Origin: an uncultured cyanobacterium
GTDB taxonomy: Bacteria; Cyanobacteriota; Cyanobacteriia; Cyanobacteriales; CAWUOF01
DNA: 64,000 nucleotides
Assembly (NCBI GenBank): GCA_963744145.1
Contig: CAVUSO010000001.1
Coordinates: 1,344,001-1,408,000 of the forward strand
Reading direction: 5' to 3'
Both the position numbers and the translations under genes were made by a program. This document shows, piece after piece, positions 7,642 through 18,950 of this stretch (position 1 is the first letter of the stretch; every line of letters starts with the position of its first letter). The notes under the pieces were generated by a model that made no database searches, was not told the origin of the DNA, and was given only the letters and a program-made list of their open reading frames with translations.

Positions 7642-9309
7642 ATGATTTTATTGTCTGATGCTGATTGGGAAGTGAAGCTAGCATCCCTGCTCAATCCCGA
7701 AACTATGGTTGATTCTACTGATAGTGACCCCTCTGGTCACCTAGCCCCAAGGGTCATGCCTAATTATGATCTAGTTATTTCTGAAGCTATTTATGGAATT
7801 ACCTCTAATCTCCCAGTCGCAACAGGAATGGAACTAGCAATTAACCTTGAACCCATTGGTGGGGAATTGTTTCCTCCGATCCATAAAAAAACCGAAAATA
7901 CCAACGGTTCAACCCACAATGGACAAGTTAATCAACCATTAGTGACCAATTCTAGCGATCGCTTCAACTCGAGCGGATTGCCCCCAGAAGAACCAGAACG
8001 TGGTTTTTTGCCAGTTTTAAAAAACCGTAACTTTTTAGCACTGTGGAGTGGTCAGGTCTTTTCCCAGCTAGCAGACAAAGTTTATTTAGTATTGATGATT
8101 GCTTTGATTGCCACTCGCTTTCAAGCCAATAATCAGCCGATTAGCGGTTGGGTATCGGCAATTATGGTAGCTTTTACGATTCCTGCCGTATTATTTGGTT
8201 CCCTAGCTGGTGTTTTTGTTGATCGATGGTCGAAAAAAGCGGTACTGGTATCGACCAATCTGCTCCGTGGCTGTTTAGTTTTGCTATTACCAGGACTATT
8301 ATGGTTAGTTCACGATTGGCACCCGTGGATGGGGTTACCCATTGGGTTCTGGTTGTTGCTCGGGGTGACATTTTTGGTTTCCACCCTCACCCAGTTTTTT
8401 GCCCCAGCCGAACAATCTACCATTCCTTTAGTCGTAGAGCGAAGACATTTACTATCCGCTAATTCCCTCTATACCACCACCATGATGGCTTCAGTAATTA
8501 TTGGTTTTGCCGTAGGTGAACCAATTTTAGGTCTAGCCAATCGGGTGATCTCCGAAATATCTGGGGGACTCAACTTTGGTCGAGAATTAGTGGTAGGAGG
8601 ATCTTATACGATCGCTGGGTTATTGCTACTTTTACTCAAAACTAATGAAAAAGTTGCAGCTAATTATGAAGCTCCTCATGTCTGGGAAGATATTCGGGAT
8701 GGGTTGAGATTCCTCAAACATCACAAGCCAGTCCGCGGAGCCATGATGCAATTAGGCATCTTATTTTCCATTTTTGCAGCTTTAGCCGTGTTAGCGGTAC
8801 GGATTGCCGAATTAATTCCAGGGATGAAATCTTCTCAATTTGGCTTCTTATTAGCTGCGGGAGGTGCGGGGATGGTTTTGGGTGCAGCTTTTGTGGGGAG
8901 TAAGTTTGGTCATTATTTTTCCCATCCCACCTTAGCTATTTATGGCTCCTGTGGAATGACCCTCTCCCTGATTGGTCTATCCTTCTTCTCCGCTCAATTA
9001 TGGCCAACAGTAGGGCTGATTACCTTATTAGGAGTTTTTGCGGCGATGGTAGGAGTACCCATGCAAACTACAATTCAAGCCGAAACACCAGAAGAAATGC
9101 GTGGTAAGGTCTTTGGGTTACAAAATAATGCTATTAATATAGCCTTAAGTTTGCCTTTGGCTTTGGCTGGATTAGCCGAAACATTTCTGGGTTTACGGGC
9201 TGTATTTTTAAGTTTAGCAGTCATGGCGATCGCTGGTGGTTGTCTAACTTGGTATCTTTTCCGGGCTAATCCGAAAAAGTCAAATTTTCCGGACAAATCA
9301 ATTAGATAA
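7642..9309 (+). CDS. MFS transporter with a long soluble N-terminal extension
   Basis: NFLALWSGQVFSQLAD and AGVFVDRWSKK (MFS motif A); about 12 hydrophobic segments; start uncertain. Confidence 0.9.
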   Translation: MILLSDADWEVKLASLLNPETMVDSTDSDPSGHLAPRVMPNYDLVISEAIYGITSNLPVATGMELAINLEPIGGELFPPIHKKTENTNGSTHNGQVNQPLVTNSSDRFNSSGLPPEEPERGFLPVLKNRNFLALWSGQVFSQLADKVYLVLMIALIATRFQANNQPISGWVSAIMVAFTIPAVLFGSLAGVFVDRWSKKAVLVSTNLLRGCLVLLLPGLLWLVHDWHPWMGLPIGFWLLLGVTFLVSTLTQFFAPAEQSTIPLVVERRHLLSANSLYTTTMMASVIIGFAVGEPILGLANRVISEISGGLNFGRELVVGGSYTIAGLLLLLLKTNEKVAANYEAPHVWEDIRDGLRFLKHHKPVRGAMMQLGILFSIFAALAVLAVRIAELIPGMKSSQFGFLLAAGGAGMVLGAAFVGSKFGHYFSHPTLAIYGSCGMTLSLIGLSFFSAQLWPTVGLITLLGVFAAMVGVPMQTTIQAETPEEMRGKVFGLQNNAINIALSLPLALAGLAETFLGLRAVFLSLAVMAIAGGCLTWYLFRANPKKSNFPDKSIR

Positions 9310-9434
9310 TTAGCTAAAGTTAATTGTGCATGGCAAAATCCAAGCATAGATCATCCCGAATTGCCGATTTCGCAAAGCAGACTCTGCTTGGAGCCGCAAA
9401 TTACCTATCCTTACCCATTAGCAGTTATACCAGA

Positions 9435-10589
9435 ATGCACATCGCTTGGCTGGGCAAAAAATCTCCTTTTTGCGGCAATGTTACCTATTCCCGCGAAATT
9501 ACCAATGCACTCTTAGAGCGAGGATACCAAGTTAGTTTCCTGCACTTTGAACCAGAAGCTAATGAGGTTGACAACTATAGTTGGCCCGAATGTGCCCAAG
9601 TTCCGCTCCCCTGTCTGTATAAATCCACGATATATACTATTCCCACTTTTCGTTCTAGCAAAGTTTTAAGTGATTCCCTCCGTCAATTACGACCAGATGT
9701 GGTTCATGCTTCTCTGACTTTGTCTCCCTTAGATTTCTTATTACCCGAAATCTGTGCAGAATTAAATTTACCTCTGGTCGCTACCTTTCATCCAGCTTTT
9801 GAACGTAAACCACGCACCCTCACCTCGGGAACTCAACAGTTAACTTATCAGCTTTATGCTCCTTTTTTAGCCAACTACGATCGGGTAATTGTATTTTCCC
9901 AAATTCAACGGGAGTTATTAGTCAAATTAGGAGTGGCTCTAGAAAAAGTAGCTGTCATTCCCAATGGTGTAGATCCGCTTAAATATTCCCCTGGTTATTC
10001 TAATCTCAAAGCAGAATTAGGTGCTAAACGGATCTTTGTTTATCAAGGGAGAATTGCTGTAGAAAAAAATGTTGAATCCCTGCTCCGTGCTTGGAAAAAG
10101 TCCCAAATGTCCATCGACTCTCTCTTGGTAATTGTCGGACATGGACCATTAGCACCTTCTTTAATGTCTTATTATGGTCAGGAATGTGGGGTTTTATGGT
10201 TGGGATTTATTGGTGATGATCAGGAACGAATTGATATTCTACGAGGTTCAGATGTATTTATTTTACCTTCCTTAATTGAAGGACTGTCTTTATCACTTTT
10301 AGAAGCAATGTCTTGTGGTGTTGCTTGTATTGCTACTGACGCAGGTGCAGATGGAGAAGTTTTAGAAAATGGGGCTGGAATTGTGTTAAATACCCAACGG
10401 GTTTCCACGCAATTAAGAACTTTATTACCTTTGTTAGAAGAGCAACCAGAATTCACTAATATTTTAGGTCAAAAAGCACGTCAGCGCGTGCTAGAACGTT
10501 ACACTCTGAGTCGTAATATCACTCAATTAGAAAATCTTTATGTAGAAGTATTGCAAAAGGAACGAATGCAGCTAAGTAGCTATTTATAA
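9435..10589 (+). CDS. dgdA: GT4 glycosyltransferase, digalactosyldiacylglycerol synthase DgdA type
   Basis: MHIAWLGKKSPFCGNVTYSREITNAL N-terminus; EGLSLSLLEAM GT-B motif; start placed at ATG 9435. Confidence 0.8.
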   Translation: MHIAWLGKKSPFCGNVTYSREITNALLERGYQVSFLHFEPEANEVDNYSWPECAQVPLPCLYKSTIYTIPTFRSSKVLSDSLRQLRPDVVHASLTLSPLDFLLPEICAELNLPLVATFHPAFERKPRTLTSGTQQLTYQLYAPFLANYDRVIVFSQIQRELLVKLGVALEKVAVIPNGVDPLKYSPGYSNLKAELGAKRIFVYQGRIAVEKNVESLLRAWKKSQMSIDSLLVIVGHGPLAPSLMSYYGQECGVLWLGFIGDDQERIDILRGSDVFILPSLIEGLSLSLLEAMSCGVACIATDAGADGEVLENGAGIVLNTQRVSTQLRTLLPLLEEQPEFTNILGQKARQRVLERYTLSRNITQLENLYVEVLQKERMQLSSYL

Positions 10590-10595
10590 AGTTAA

Positions 10596-12191
10596 TTAGT
10601 TTGATTGAGCAAATACCTGCTCGATCGGCAGCTCCATGATAAACTCTGTACCTTGACCTGGAGTTGATAAACAAGTTAACTTACCCTGATGTTTCTTGAC
10701 AATAATTTCATAGCTAATTGACATCCCCATACCCGTACCTTTACCGACAGGTTTGGTAGTAAAAAATGGCTCAAAAATCCTGGCTTTAATACTTTCAGGT
10801 ATACCGATTCCATTATCACCGATCGCAATTTTGATCCACTGGGAATTAATTTTTGATGTCTGAATTAATATCTGACTAGGATGATTTTTAATTTCTGTAA
10901 CATTACGATTCATATTTGTTTCTTCTAAAGCATCTATAGCATTAACTAAAATATTCATAAATACTTGATTTAGTGGTCCAGGATAGCATTGGATTTGGGG
11001 TAACTGAGTATAGTTTCTAATTATTTCAATCCCTGGACGTTCTGGTTGAGCTTTAGTACGGTGTTGTAAAATTAACAAGGTACTCTCAATCCCTTCATGG
11101 ATATCAACTAACTTGAATTCTGACTCATCTATACGGGAAAAGTTGCGGAGTGATAGAACAATTTTGCGAATCCGATCCGTACCTATATTCATCGAAGCTA
11201 GGATTTTTTCCAAATCTGTTTCCATAAATTCTAGGTCAATTTCATCTGCTAGTTCTTCAATTTCTGATTTAGGGTCAGGATAACAATGTTGATAAAGTTT
11301 AATCAGACGTAATAGATCTGCAATATATTGATCTAAATGATTAAGATTGCCATGAATAAAGTTAACTGGATTATTAATCTCATGGGCAATACCTGCTACT
11401 AAAATTCCCAAACTAGACATTTTTTCTTGTTGGACTAATTGACTTTGGGTTTGTTGTAAATTCAACAGAGTTTTTTCTAGTTGTTCCGTGCGTTCTAATA
11501 TTCGCTCTTCTAATGAGACATTTAGTTGTTGAATTTTTTCTTCAGCTTTCATCCGCTTGTGGATCTCGCTATGGATTAATCGGTAAACCCAGCCAAAAAT
11601 AACCAAATTGACTCCTAATCCACTACTAAAAGCAATTATAGATTGCTGTAAGCTATTAGCTTTCTCCTGCTCTTGATAAAACAAGAGCGCTTTTTCTTGC
11701 GCCTCAATGTCATTTATTATTTGACGAATTTGGTCAGTTATCATTGTTTTATCAAGGCGTTTTATAGATAATATTGCCACATTTAATCCTTGGTTGCGTC
11801 GCAGTTCAATAATGGCATTAAATTGGACTATGCGCTGATTAACTAAGGTATGAACATCATCTATTTTTTGTTTTTGTTCTGGTTCATTTGCTAGTAATTT
11901 CTGTACTACATTATAAGTATAATCAAGATCAAATAAGGTACTGGTAAATAAGTCAAGATATTGCTCTTCACCAGTTAATACATAACCTCGCTCATAGTTT
12001 TGAGCTTCAGTAAGCTTTTCTGGAATATCGTTTATTTTATCAATAATTTCTAGTTTCTCTTGAATGCTTTGATTAGTATTTAGGACACGCATAAAGCTCC
12101 AAAAAGCTAGACTGCTAACTAATATTGATAGTAGGGTAGCCGAAGCTAATCCTATTCCGATTTGGAGTAAAAATTGACGAGTTAGTTTCAT
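10596..12191 (-). CDS. membrane sensor histidine kinase (CHASE3-like periplasmic domain)
   Basis: Two TM segments, [13 protein letters not shown] (CHASE3-like), AHEINNP H-box, N/G1/F/G2 boxes. Confidence 0.9.
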   Translation of the reverse strand: MKLTRQFLLQIGIGLASATLLSILVSSLAFWSFMRVLNTNQSIQEKLEIIDKINDIPEKLTEAQNYERGYVLTGEEQYLDLFTSTLFDLDYTYNVVQKLLANEPEQKQKIDDVHTLVNQRIVQFNAIIELRRNQGLNVAILSIKRLDKTMITDQIRQIINDIEAQEKALLFYQEQEKANSLQQSIIAFSSGLGVNLVIFGWVYRLIHSEIHKRMKAEEKIQQLNVSLEERILERTEQLEKTLLNLQQTQSQLVQQEKMSSLGILVAGIAHEINNPVNFIHGNLNHLDQYIADLLRLIKLYQHCYPDPKSEIEELADEIDLEFMETDLEKILASMNIGTDRIRKIVLSLRNFSRIDESEFKLVDIHEGIESTLLILQHRTKAQPERPGIEIIRNYTQLPQIQCYPGPLNQVFMNILVNAIDALEETNMNRNVTEIKNHPSQILIQTSKINSQWIKIAIGDNGIGIPESIKARIFEPFFTTKPVGKGTGMGMSISYEIIVKKHQGKLTCLSTPGQGTEFIMELPIEQVFAQSN

Positions 12192-12206
12192 GACTTAGGC
12201 TCTATA

Positions 12207-13007
12207 TCAAGGTTTTAAGGAAGATGGAATAGCCAAAAAACCATATTTTTCAAAAACTGGTATTCCTTTAGGACCGGTAAGGAAGTTGATGAATTCTTTG
12301 GCTTCTTGAGGATACCGACTATTAGTCAATATTGCCACATACAGCATAATTGCTGTGTGAGTATTTTCAGGCGCGATCGCGACAATTTTGACTTTCTGTG
12401 ATAATTTAGCTTCTGATAAAAAAATAATACCTGCATCAGCTTGTTTGCTTTCTAATGCTTTGGCGATTTCTCGGACTTCCACATTAAACCATACTGCTTT
12501 CGACTGAATCTGTGAAAAAATTCCTAAGTTAGTTAAAATCTCTTTGGTGTATTGTCCAACTCCTAGGTTTTCTGTTCCTAGGGCAATTTTTTTGACGCGA
12601 TCGCTAGTTAAGTCTTTAAAGTCAGTGATTCCTAGAGTAGAATCAACCGGAACAATTAATACCATTTTATTAGTGAACAAGCTTTGACGAGTTGCCGATC
12701 GCACCAATCCTTGTTTATCTAAATCATCCATTACTGATTTAGATGTGGTTAGAAAAATATCGAATAAATCTTTTTGTTCAATTCGTTTTTTGAGAACAGT
12801 TGCTCCAGTAAATGTGTATTTAATGGTGACATTAAACTTTTCTTGTCGATATTTGTTTTCAATTTCCAACAACGCATTCCTAGCAGATGGACCTGATGCA
12901 AAACTGAGCGAAACTGGTTTAGCTGTCGGTGGAGAGCTACAGCTACTCAGCAATATGCTGAAGATTAGACAACTAAATAACACCCGAAACAGCAAAAATT
13001 GGGTCAT
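12207..13007 (-). CDS. modA: ModA-like molybdate/oxyanion-binding lipoprotein (divergent)
   Basis: Lipobox LSSC; N.MVLIVP, KKIALG, ADAGIIF.SEA, FEKYGF patterns of the ModA family. Confidence 0.75.
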   Translation of the reverse strand: MTQFLLFRVLFSCLIFSILLSSCSSPPTAKPVSLSFASGPSARNALLEIENKYRQEKFNVTIKYTFTGATVLKKRIEQKDLFDIFLTTSKSVMDDLDKQGLVRSATRQSLFTNKMVLIVPVDSTLGITDFKDLTSDRVKKIALGTENLGVGQYTKEILTNLGIFSQIQSKAVWFNVEVREIAKALESKQADAGIIFLSEAKLSQKVKIVAIAPENTHTAIMLYVAILTNSRYPQEAKEFINFLTGPKGIPVFEKYGFLAIPSSLKP

Positions 13008-13454
13008 TTTAATTAAAACAATACCTATATTTTGGTAAAATCAAATTGTTTGATTATGAAAAAAAACAGCCTATCTACTTAATTTCTGAAGGAAACCATA
13101 ATTGGTCCAAGAGGAAATAAGTTTAGCAAAAATTAGATAATTCCAATTATATTTGAGCAGACATATAATTGTCAATTAATCTAAACATTTGGATCTAACA
13201 GTAACAACGCAATGAAGTGAAGTATTGTGCTTTCATGGCACAAATTTCCTTTTGATCAAACAATATTCTAACTCACATTCAGTGGATCAAAGTCAGTAGG
13301 TAGGGGGACAGCGATCGCCTCACTGCTCTCCATTAGGTAATTTGACCGATTTATGACCCAATTCGCGCTGAAGATCCATTAACAGGAGTTAGGCAGTTGA
13401 ACTGGGGATGTGGTAAAAAGATAGCATAAATTCTGTTGGTATTACAAAAACAAA

Positions 13455-14543
13455 ATGAAATGGGATCATAATTCAATTGTCATTTACACTAGGTTTTTTT
13501 ATATCGAAGATTGGGCACCTCCTTCTATTCACCAAGGAATTGGGGGTAGCGAAGAAGCGGTCATTTATTTAAGTCCGGAACTCGTGAAATTAGGCTATCA
13601 GGTTACTGTATTTAACGAATGTGGTGAGATGGAAGGAGAGTATGATGGAGTGGTCTATAAACCAGTTGAAAAATTTAATGTTGAGGATCAATTTAATATT
13701 TTAATATTTCATCGTAATTGGCAACAACCAATGGTCATGAAAGCAAAAGCGAGAAAAATTGGGGTATGGATGCACGATAATCCTCAATTCCTTTCTGCAA
13801 TCAAACCCGAGGAACGGGCAGAATTTTTAGCAAGTTTTGACAAGTTATTTATGTTGTCAAATTTTCATAAATCTATGTTGCCAGACTGGATTAGTGAGGA
13901 TAAAATATTTTTAACAAGTAATGGAATTCATCTCCCAGATTTTCAGGTAAATGGAATTGAAAGAAACCCAAAGCGCCTAATTTATATTAGTGACTATACC
14001 AGAGGAATAGAACATTTGTTGGTCAGATGGAACGATATTCTGAGAGAAGTACCTGATGCTGAACTGCACCTTTTTTATGGCTGGAACGTAATTAATACTT
14101 TCATTAAGTATAACTGGTTTCCTGATTTACCAGAGCAAAAGAAAAAACTTTTACAGCTTTTTCAACAGAGAAATATTTATGAACATGGAAGAGTTGGTCA
14201 TCAGCAGTTAGTCAGAGAATTATTAAAATCTGGATTATGGGTTTATCCCTGTCATACTGCGGTGGAAACTTTTTGCATTAGTGCTTTAAAAGCTCAAGCA
14301 TCTGGTTGTGTTCCCATTGTCACAGCTTATGGAGGTTTGCAGGAAACGGTAAAATCTGGGATCAAAATCAATGGTCCTGCTGGTGATGAACAAACAAATA
14401 ATGCTTTGATTCAAGCAATTATCGATTTGCTGAAACATCCTGAGCAACAAGAATTTTGGCGAAAAGAAGCTTTATCTTGGAAAAATTCCTTTGGTTGGGA
14501 TCAAGTTGCTCAACAGTGGCACCGCGAATTTTTATCCCTTTAA
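13455..14543 (+). CDS. glycosyltransferase family 4 (GT-B)
   Basis: GIGGSEEA N-terminus; ETFCISALKAQASG nucleotide-sugar-binding motif. Confidence 0.85.
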   Translation: MKWDHNSIVIYTRFFYIEDWAPPSIHQGIGGSEEAVIYLSPELVKLGYQVTVFNECGEMEGEYDGVVYKPVEKFNVEDQFNILIFHRNWQQPMVMKAKARKIGVWMHDNPQFLSAIKPEERAEFLASFDKLFMLSNFHKSMLPDWISEDKIFLTSNGIHLPDFQVNGIERNPKRLIYISDYTRGIEHLLVRWNDILREVPDAELHLFYGWNVINTFIKYNWFPDLPEQKKKLLQLFQQRNIYEHGRVGHQQLVRELLKSGLWVYPCHTAVETFCISALKAQASGCVPIVTAYGGLQETVKSGIKINGPAGDEQTNNALIQAIIDLLKHPEQQEFWRKEALSWKNSFGWDQVAQQWHREFLSL

Positions 14544-14639
14544 TTCCGATCCCAAATCCCGTTCCTTAGACCAATTTAATGTGAAGTTGCATAGAGCTAG
14601 ATCCCCCTAAATCCCCCTTAAAAATGGGGACTTTTAATT

Positions 14640-14748
14640 CTGGATTAAAAATTTCGCTCAAATCTGACCAATCTACTCCGATCATTATTCTTCTAATGGT
14701 GGAATAAGATGGAGTTTTCTGTCGGGGAATTAGAAAATATTTAAGCAA
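14640..14748 (-). pseudogene. ISAs1/H-repeat transposase fragment
   Basis: TPSYSTIRRIMIGVD resembles the ISAs1 transposase-associated N-terminal domain; no DDE core; flanked by dispersed repeats. Confidence 0.55.
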
Positions 14749-14814
14749 ACGTAGGGGCGCAAGAGCAATACGCCCCTACCCATTTGGCATAATCTCCTCA
14801 GAAATCAAAAAATT

Positions 14815-14850
14815 AGCGGTTATGATCTAGTAAACTAGATCATAACCGCT
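14815..14850. terminator. perfect hairpin, probable bidirectional terminator
   Basis: AGCGGTTATGATCTAG-TAAA-CTAGATCATAACCGCT with A/T runs on either side, between convergent genes. Confidence 0.7.
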
Positions 14851-14943
14851 TTTTATTTTCCCGATCTAAAGTTAGGATGAAACGGCCCTGCCTCCTTAAG
14901 GGGGTTGAGGGGATCAATTCTAGTTGGTATTAGGATAAATAAT

Positions 14944-15246
14944 CTAAAGCTTGCACATAGAAAGATTACCTCTCCTACCTGGTGGTCCGTTAGCAATCCA
15001 TCCTTTTACTGGAGATTCAATTTCAATCCAATTATTATTGTCATTATTAATAACATATATTGGCACCTCAGAAACTCTGACTGTTTCTCCACTATTAACC
15101 TGTCCAACTTGGGGAGAATTTGGATTAGCTTCAGCATGAATTATTAAACCTTTTGTTACTGAGGAATTAACCTGAAGACATTTGTTTTCCCCGAACGGTA
15201 TTTGATAAGCGATCGCGTAGCAATCAACAGAATTTTGTCCGGATTT
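14944..15246 (-). pseudogene. bacterial SH3-domain protein whose 5' part is replaced or interrupted by repeats
   Basis: GLIIHAEANPNSPQVGQV...WIEIESPVKGWIA is SH3b-like; codons upstream of about 15247 are MITE sequence. Confidence 0.55.
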
Positions 15247-15510
15247 GTAGGGGCGAAGCATGTTTAGCGACAATTGAACAATCAAACCAATAACATTATC
15301 CCCGAATGCTGATGCCGTAGGCATCGCTACGCGAACGCCCTTCTTCGCCGAGAGCTCCCAAAAAATCTTAACTGAATGGATTTTAATATCTAGTTGATCG
15401 GTTAGCTGCATAAATGGTGAGGGCAAAGCATTTCGGTCATATTATTCTTCGTTGAAGCCATCATTTACTCGCCGAAATGCTTTGCCCCTACAGGTAACTG
15501 AACCCTATTG
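15247..15510. mobile_element. two degenerate copies of the GTAG-hairpin MITE family in opposite orientation
   Basis: GTAGGGGCGAAGCAT...CCGAATGCT...CTTAACTGAA (15247-15376) and GGGCAAAGCATTTCGG...CCGAAATGCTTTGCCCCTAC..TAACTGAACCCTATTG (15421-15510). Confidence 0.75.
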
Positions 15511-15557
15511 TTCTGTAGTTAAAATTTTAATAATTGGGATCAGAAAAAAATTCGATG

Positions 15558-15600
15558 AAAAACCACCAAAGCTTTATATTAGACGTTTGGTGGTTTTTTT
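15558..15600 (-). terminator. terminator of the ndhCKJ operon
   Basis: AAAAACCACCAAA / TTTGGTGGTTTTT hairpin just downstream of ndhJ. Confidence 0.65.
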
Positions 15601-15628
15601 AAGCGATCGCATCCACAAAAACCGCTAC

Positions 15629-16138
15629 TTAATGAGCATCTTGCAACTCATAGAAATCAGGAGAGATATAATCCTTCCGCAATGGCCAGCCCACCCAATC
15701 TTCGGGCATCAAAATCCGTTTTAAATTCGGGTGCCCTTCATAGATGATGCCGTACATATCATAAGTCTCACGTTCTTGCCAATCCGCAGCTTTCCAGATC
15801 CAGTAAACTGAAGCTACTCTAGGATCAATCCGAGGAAGAAATACTTTGAGACGTACTTCTTCAGGGCGATCGGCATCATTGGTAACTTTAATCAAATGAT
15901 AAAAGCTCACCAAATCCTCTCCCGGACCTACATCATAACCACCTTGACATTGTAGATAGTTAAATCCGTAAGCATAAAGAGCAGTTGCTAAGGGAATTAA
16001 AAAATCCCGGTCAACCTTAATAATTTCCACACCGAGATGATCGACACCCAAGGATTCATGGGCAAAACCATTTTCTGTTAACCATCCAGCAACTTTGCCC
16101 GATGTCGCTAACTGAGATTCTTTTGTCTCATCAACCAC
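15629..16138 (-). CDS. ndhJ: NAD(P)H-quinone oxidoreductase subunit J
   Basis: [39 protein letters not shown] start overlaps the end of ndhK. Confidence 0.97.
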   Translation of the reverse strand: MVDETKESQLATSGKVAGWLTENGFAHESLGVDHLGVEIIKVDRDFLIPLATALYAYGFNYLQCQGGYDVGPGEDLVSFYHLIKVTNDADRPEEVRLKVFLPRIDPRVASVYWIWKAADWQERETYDMYGIIYEGHPNLKRILMPEDWVGWPLRKDYISPDFYELQDAH

Positions 16139-16880
16139 GATCAACTACCTCCGGTTGAGATACTTTCAATGCTGGAGGTACAGCCATCCCCATTGCTTCA
16201 GTTAGCTCCTTCGGAGGTACTTGACGCTCAGTTGTTTGTAAATATTTACCATTCAAAATATCTGGCACTGACTTCATCTGATGAGTAACAGAGTAATAAC
16301 GATGAGTTTGCAGTAACCTGGCACGTTCCTGGAGGGAATCATTAGAAATCTTTTTCCGCAGTTTCACGATCGCATCCATAATCGCTTCGGGACGTGGTGG
16401 ACAACCAGGAATATAAACATCCACTGGAATCAACTTATCTACACCACGAACCGCTGTGGGGGAATCTACACTAAACATTCCACCAGTAATGGTACAAGCT
16501 CCCATCGCGATCACATATTTCGGTTCTGGCATTTGCTCATACAACCGGACCAGAATCGGTGCATATTTCATCGTAATCGTCCCGGCTGTGATCAGCAAAT
16601 CAGCTTGACGGGGGGTAGAACGAGGTACTAAACCAAAGCGATCGAAATCAAACCGAGAACCGATCATCCCTGCGAATTCAATAAAACAACAGGCTGTACC
16701 ATACATCAACGGCCATAGACTCGATAATCTTGCCCAATTATACAGGTCATCTACGGTAGTTAGGATCAAGTTCTCGGAAAGTTCTTGAGTAACTTGAGGA
16801 CGCTCAATCGGGTTTGAGATCCGTTCCGACGGCTGCAATTCAACAGCAGAATTTGGGGTAGAGTTAGCTTTTATGACCAT
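16131..16880 (-). CDS. ndhK: NAD(P)H-quinone oxidoreductase subunit K
   Basis: [23 protein letters not shown] motifs. Confidence 0.97.
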   Translation of the reverse strand: MVIKANSTPNSAVELQPSERISNPIERPQVTQELSENLILTTVDDLYNWARLSSLWPLMYGTACCFIEFAGMIGSRFDFDRFGLVPRSTPRQADLLITAGTITMKYAPILVRLYEQMPEPKYVIAMGACTITGGMFSVDSPTAVRGVDKLIPVDVYIPGCPPRPEAIMDAIVKLRKKISNDSLQERARLLQTHRYYSVTHQMKSVPDILNGKYLQTTERQVPPKELTEAMGMAVPPALKVSQPEVVDRG

Positions 16881-17233
16881 TCCAAGGCTCCTTTGCGCCA
16901 AGCGTAGACAAGAGCAATGACCAAAATTGTAATAAAAATCAAAGCTTCAATAAAAGCCAGAACTCCTAGTTGATGAAAAGCGACAGCCCAGGGATAAAGG
17001 AAAACCGTTTCTACATCAAAGATCACAAAGACCAGAGCAAACATATAGTAACGAATGTTGAACTGAATCCATGCTCCGCCAATTGGTTCCACCCCTGACT
17101 CATAGGTGGTACATCGCTCTGGGCCGCGACGAATCGGACGAAGTAACTTAGACGCCCCAAGAGCAAGGGCTGGGACTAGGCTAGTAATGAGCAGAAAGCC
17201 TAGAAAATATTCGTAGCCACTAAGGACAAACAC
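16871..17233 (-). CDS. ndhC: NAD(P)H-quinone oxidoreductase subunit C
   Basis: [29 protein letters not shown]. Confidence 0.97.
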   Translation of the reverse strand: MFVLSGYEYFLGFLLITSLVPALALGASKLLRPIRRGPERCTTYESGVEPIGGAWIQFNIRYYMFALVFVIFDVETVFLYPWAVAFHQLGVLAFIEALIFITILVIALVYAWRKGALEWS

Positions 17234-17468
17234 AATCTACTAATTACCGTTTGGGGTTAACAAGAATAATGTTAACTATTTTGCCATTGTTCATTGGTTA
17301 TTTTTGCTCGTGGATTACTTATCAATGATATTGGTTAATCCCTATGTCCATGATCGCCAAAAATTCCGCAAACAGTCTGATGGGGGGCAAAATTTTGGTA
17401 ACCACTCATGTCATAATTTGTAACAGGGATTTTAAGATTTGCCAACCAATTCCCTTGCTGCTTAACCA

Positions 17469-17804
17469 ATGACTACCGAAACTGTTGAGCCAACACCGCT
17501 CGATTGTCACGAATGTCCCGCTTGCGGTTACATTTATGAACCCAACCAGGGTGATAGCAAACACAATATCGAGCCGGGAATCCCGTTTGAAGACTTACCT
17601 GCGACTTGGCGCTGTCCTGTTTGTGGCGTTAAAAAGGTCAAGTTTCAAAATATCGGTCCGGCTCAGACTGCTTCTGGATTTAAGGAAAATCTGGGCTTTG
17701 GGCTTGGCGTTAATTCTTTAACATCAAACCAAAAAAGTTTGCTAATTTTTGGGGCTTTGGCTTTAGGCTTCTTAATACTAATTAGCTTCTATGGCTTAGA
17801 GTAA
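17469..17804 (+). CDS. rubA: membrane-anchored rubredoxin
   Basis: CPACGY and WRCPVCG motifs, C-terminal TM helix, upstream of ycf48. Confidence 0.93.
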   Translation: MTTETVEPTPLDCHECPACGYIYEPNQGDSKHNIEPGIPFEDLPATWRCPVCGVKKVKFQNIGPAQTASGFKENLGFGLGVNSLTSNQKSLLIFGALALGFLILISFYGLE

Positions 17805-17837
17805 ATAGCTGCTAGGCAAAGACCAAATAAGGTTAGA

Positions 17838-18854
17838 GTGAAGATGGACTCAATTGTGAGATTTTGGCAACGAATTGTAATTTTTTTGGCTGTTGTTCTC
17901 ATCTGTACAGGTTGTAACCGGGCTTTTTTACCTGAGCTGAGTGATCACCCCTGGCAGTTGGTCAAAGTCCCGACCAATGCGAATTTATTGGATGTGGCTT
18001 TTACTAGTGACCCCCAACATGGTTGGTTAGTAGGGAGTTCAGCAACTTTACTAGAATCAACCGATGGTGGTAAGACATGGCAGTTGAAAAAATTCGATTT
18101 AGCAGAAGAAAAAGTTCGTTTTAACTCCGTCAGCTTTTCTGGTCCAGAAGGGTGGATTGTCGGAGAACCTTCTATTTTGTTACATACAGAAGATGAAGGC
18201 AAAACCTGGTCTCGCATTGCTCTACCAGGACAGTTACCGGGAGTACCCTTAAGTATTGTCGCTTTGGGTCCGGATGCGGCAGAGATGACCACTGATGTGG
18301 GGGCGATTTATCAAACTACAGATCAAGGTCAACACTGGAAAGCAATGGTCAAGGGAGCGGTAGGGATAGTGCGTAACTTAAATCGCTCTGCTGATGGTAA
18401 GTATGTAGCGGTTTCTGCTAAAGGCAATTTCTACTCGACTTGGGAACCAGGACAAGATACCTGGATACCTCATAACCGCAATAGTTCCCGTCGCGTTCAG
18501 AATATGGGTTTTAGCCCAGATGGACGGATGTGGATGTTAGCTAGAGGTGGTCAGATTCAATTTACTAGCCCCGATCAGCCAGATCAATGGGAGGAAGCGC
18601 AAAATCCTGAGTTGTCCACTAGTTGGGGGCTACTGGATATTGCTTATCGGACTCCAGACGAAATTTGGGTGACTGGTGGTAGTGGTAATTTACTCCGTAG
18701 TGTTGATGGTGGCAAAACTTGGCAAAAAGACCGCGAGGTGGAGGATGTTCCCTCTAATTTGTACAAGATTTTGTTTTTAACACCCGAAAAAGGTTTTATT
18801 ATTGGTCAGCGTGGCATTTTGCTGAGATATGAGCCAGCACCTCAGCCAGCTTAA
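17838..18854 (+). CDS. ycf48: photosystem II assembly factor Ycf48/Hcf136
   Basis: BNR repeats (S.DGG.TW), NRNSSRRVQNMGF; precedes psbE. Confidence 0.95.
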   Translation: MKMDSIVRFWQRIVIFLAVVLICTGCNRAFLPELSDHPWQLVKVPTNANLLDVAFTSDPQHGWLVGSSATLLESTDGGKTWQLKKFDLAEEKVRFNSVSFSGPEGWIVGEPSILLHTEDEGKTWSRIALPGQLPGVPLSIVALGPDAAEMTTDVGAIYQTTDQGQHWKAMVKGAVGIVRNLNRSADGKYVAVSAKGNFYSTWEPGQDTWIPHNRNSSRRVQNMGFSPDGRMWMLARGGQIQFTSPDQPDQWEEAQNPELSTSWGLLDIAYRTPDEIWVTGGSGNLLRSVDGGKTWQKDREVEDVPSNLYKILFLTPEKGFIIGQRGILLRYEPAPQPA

Positions 18855-18950
18855 AGTTGAGGGATTAATCCTGCTGACTTGTGCCGGTTTTGTCCAGCTC
18901 GTATGATCAGAATGTTGAGTTTTTAACTGTTGTTAATTGGAGGAATTGCG

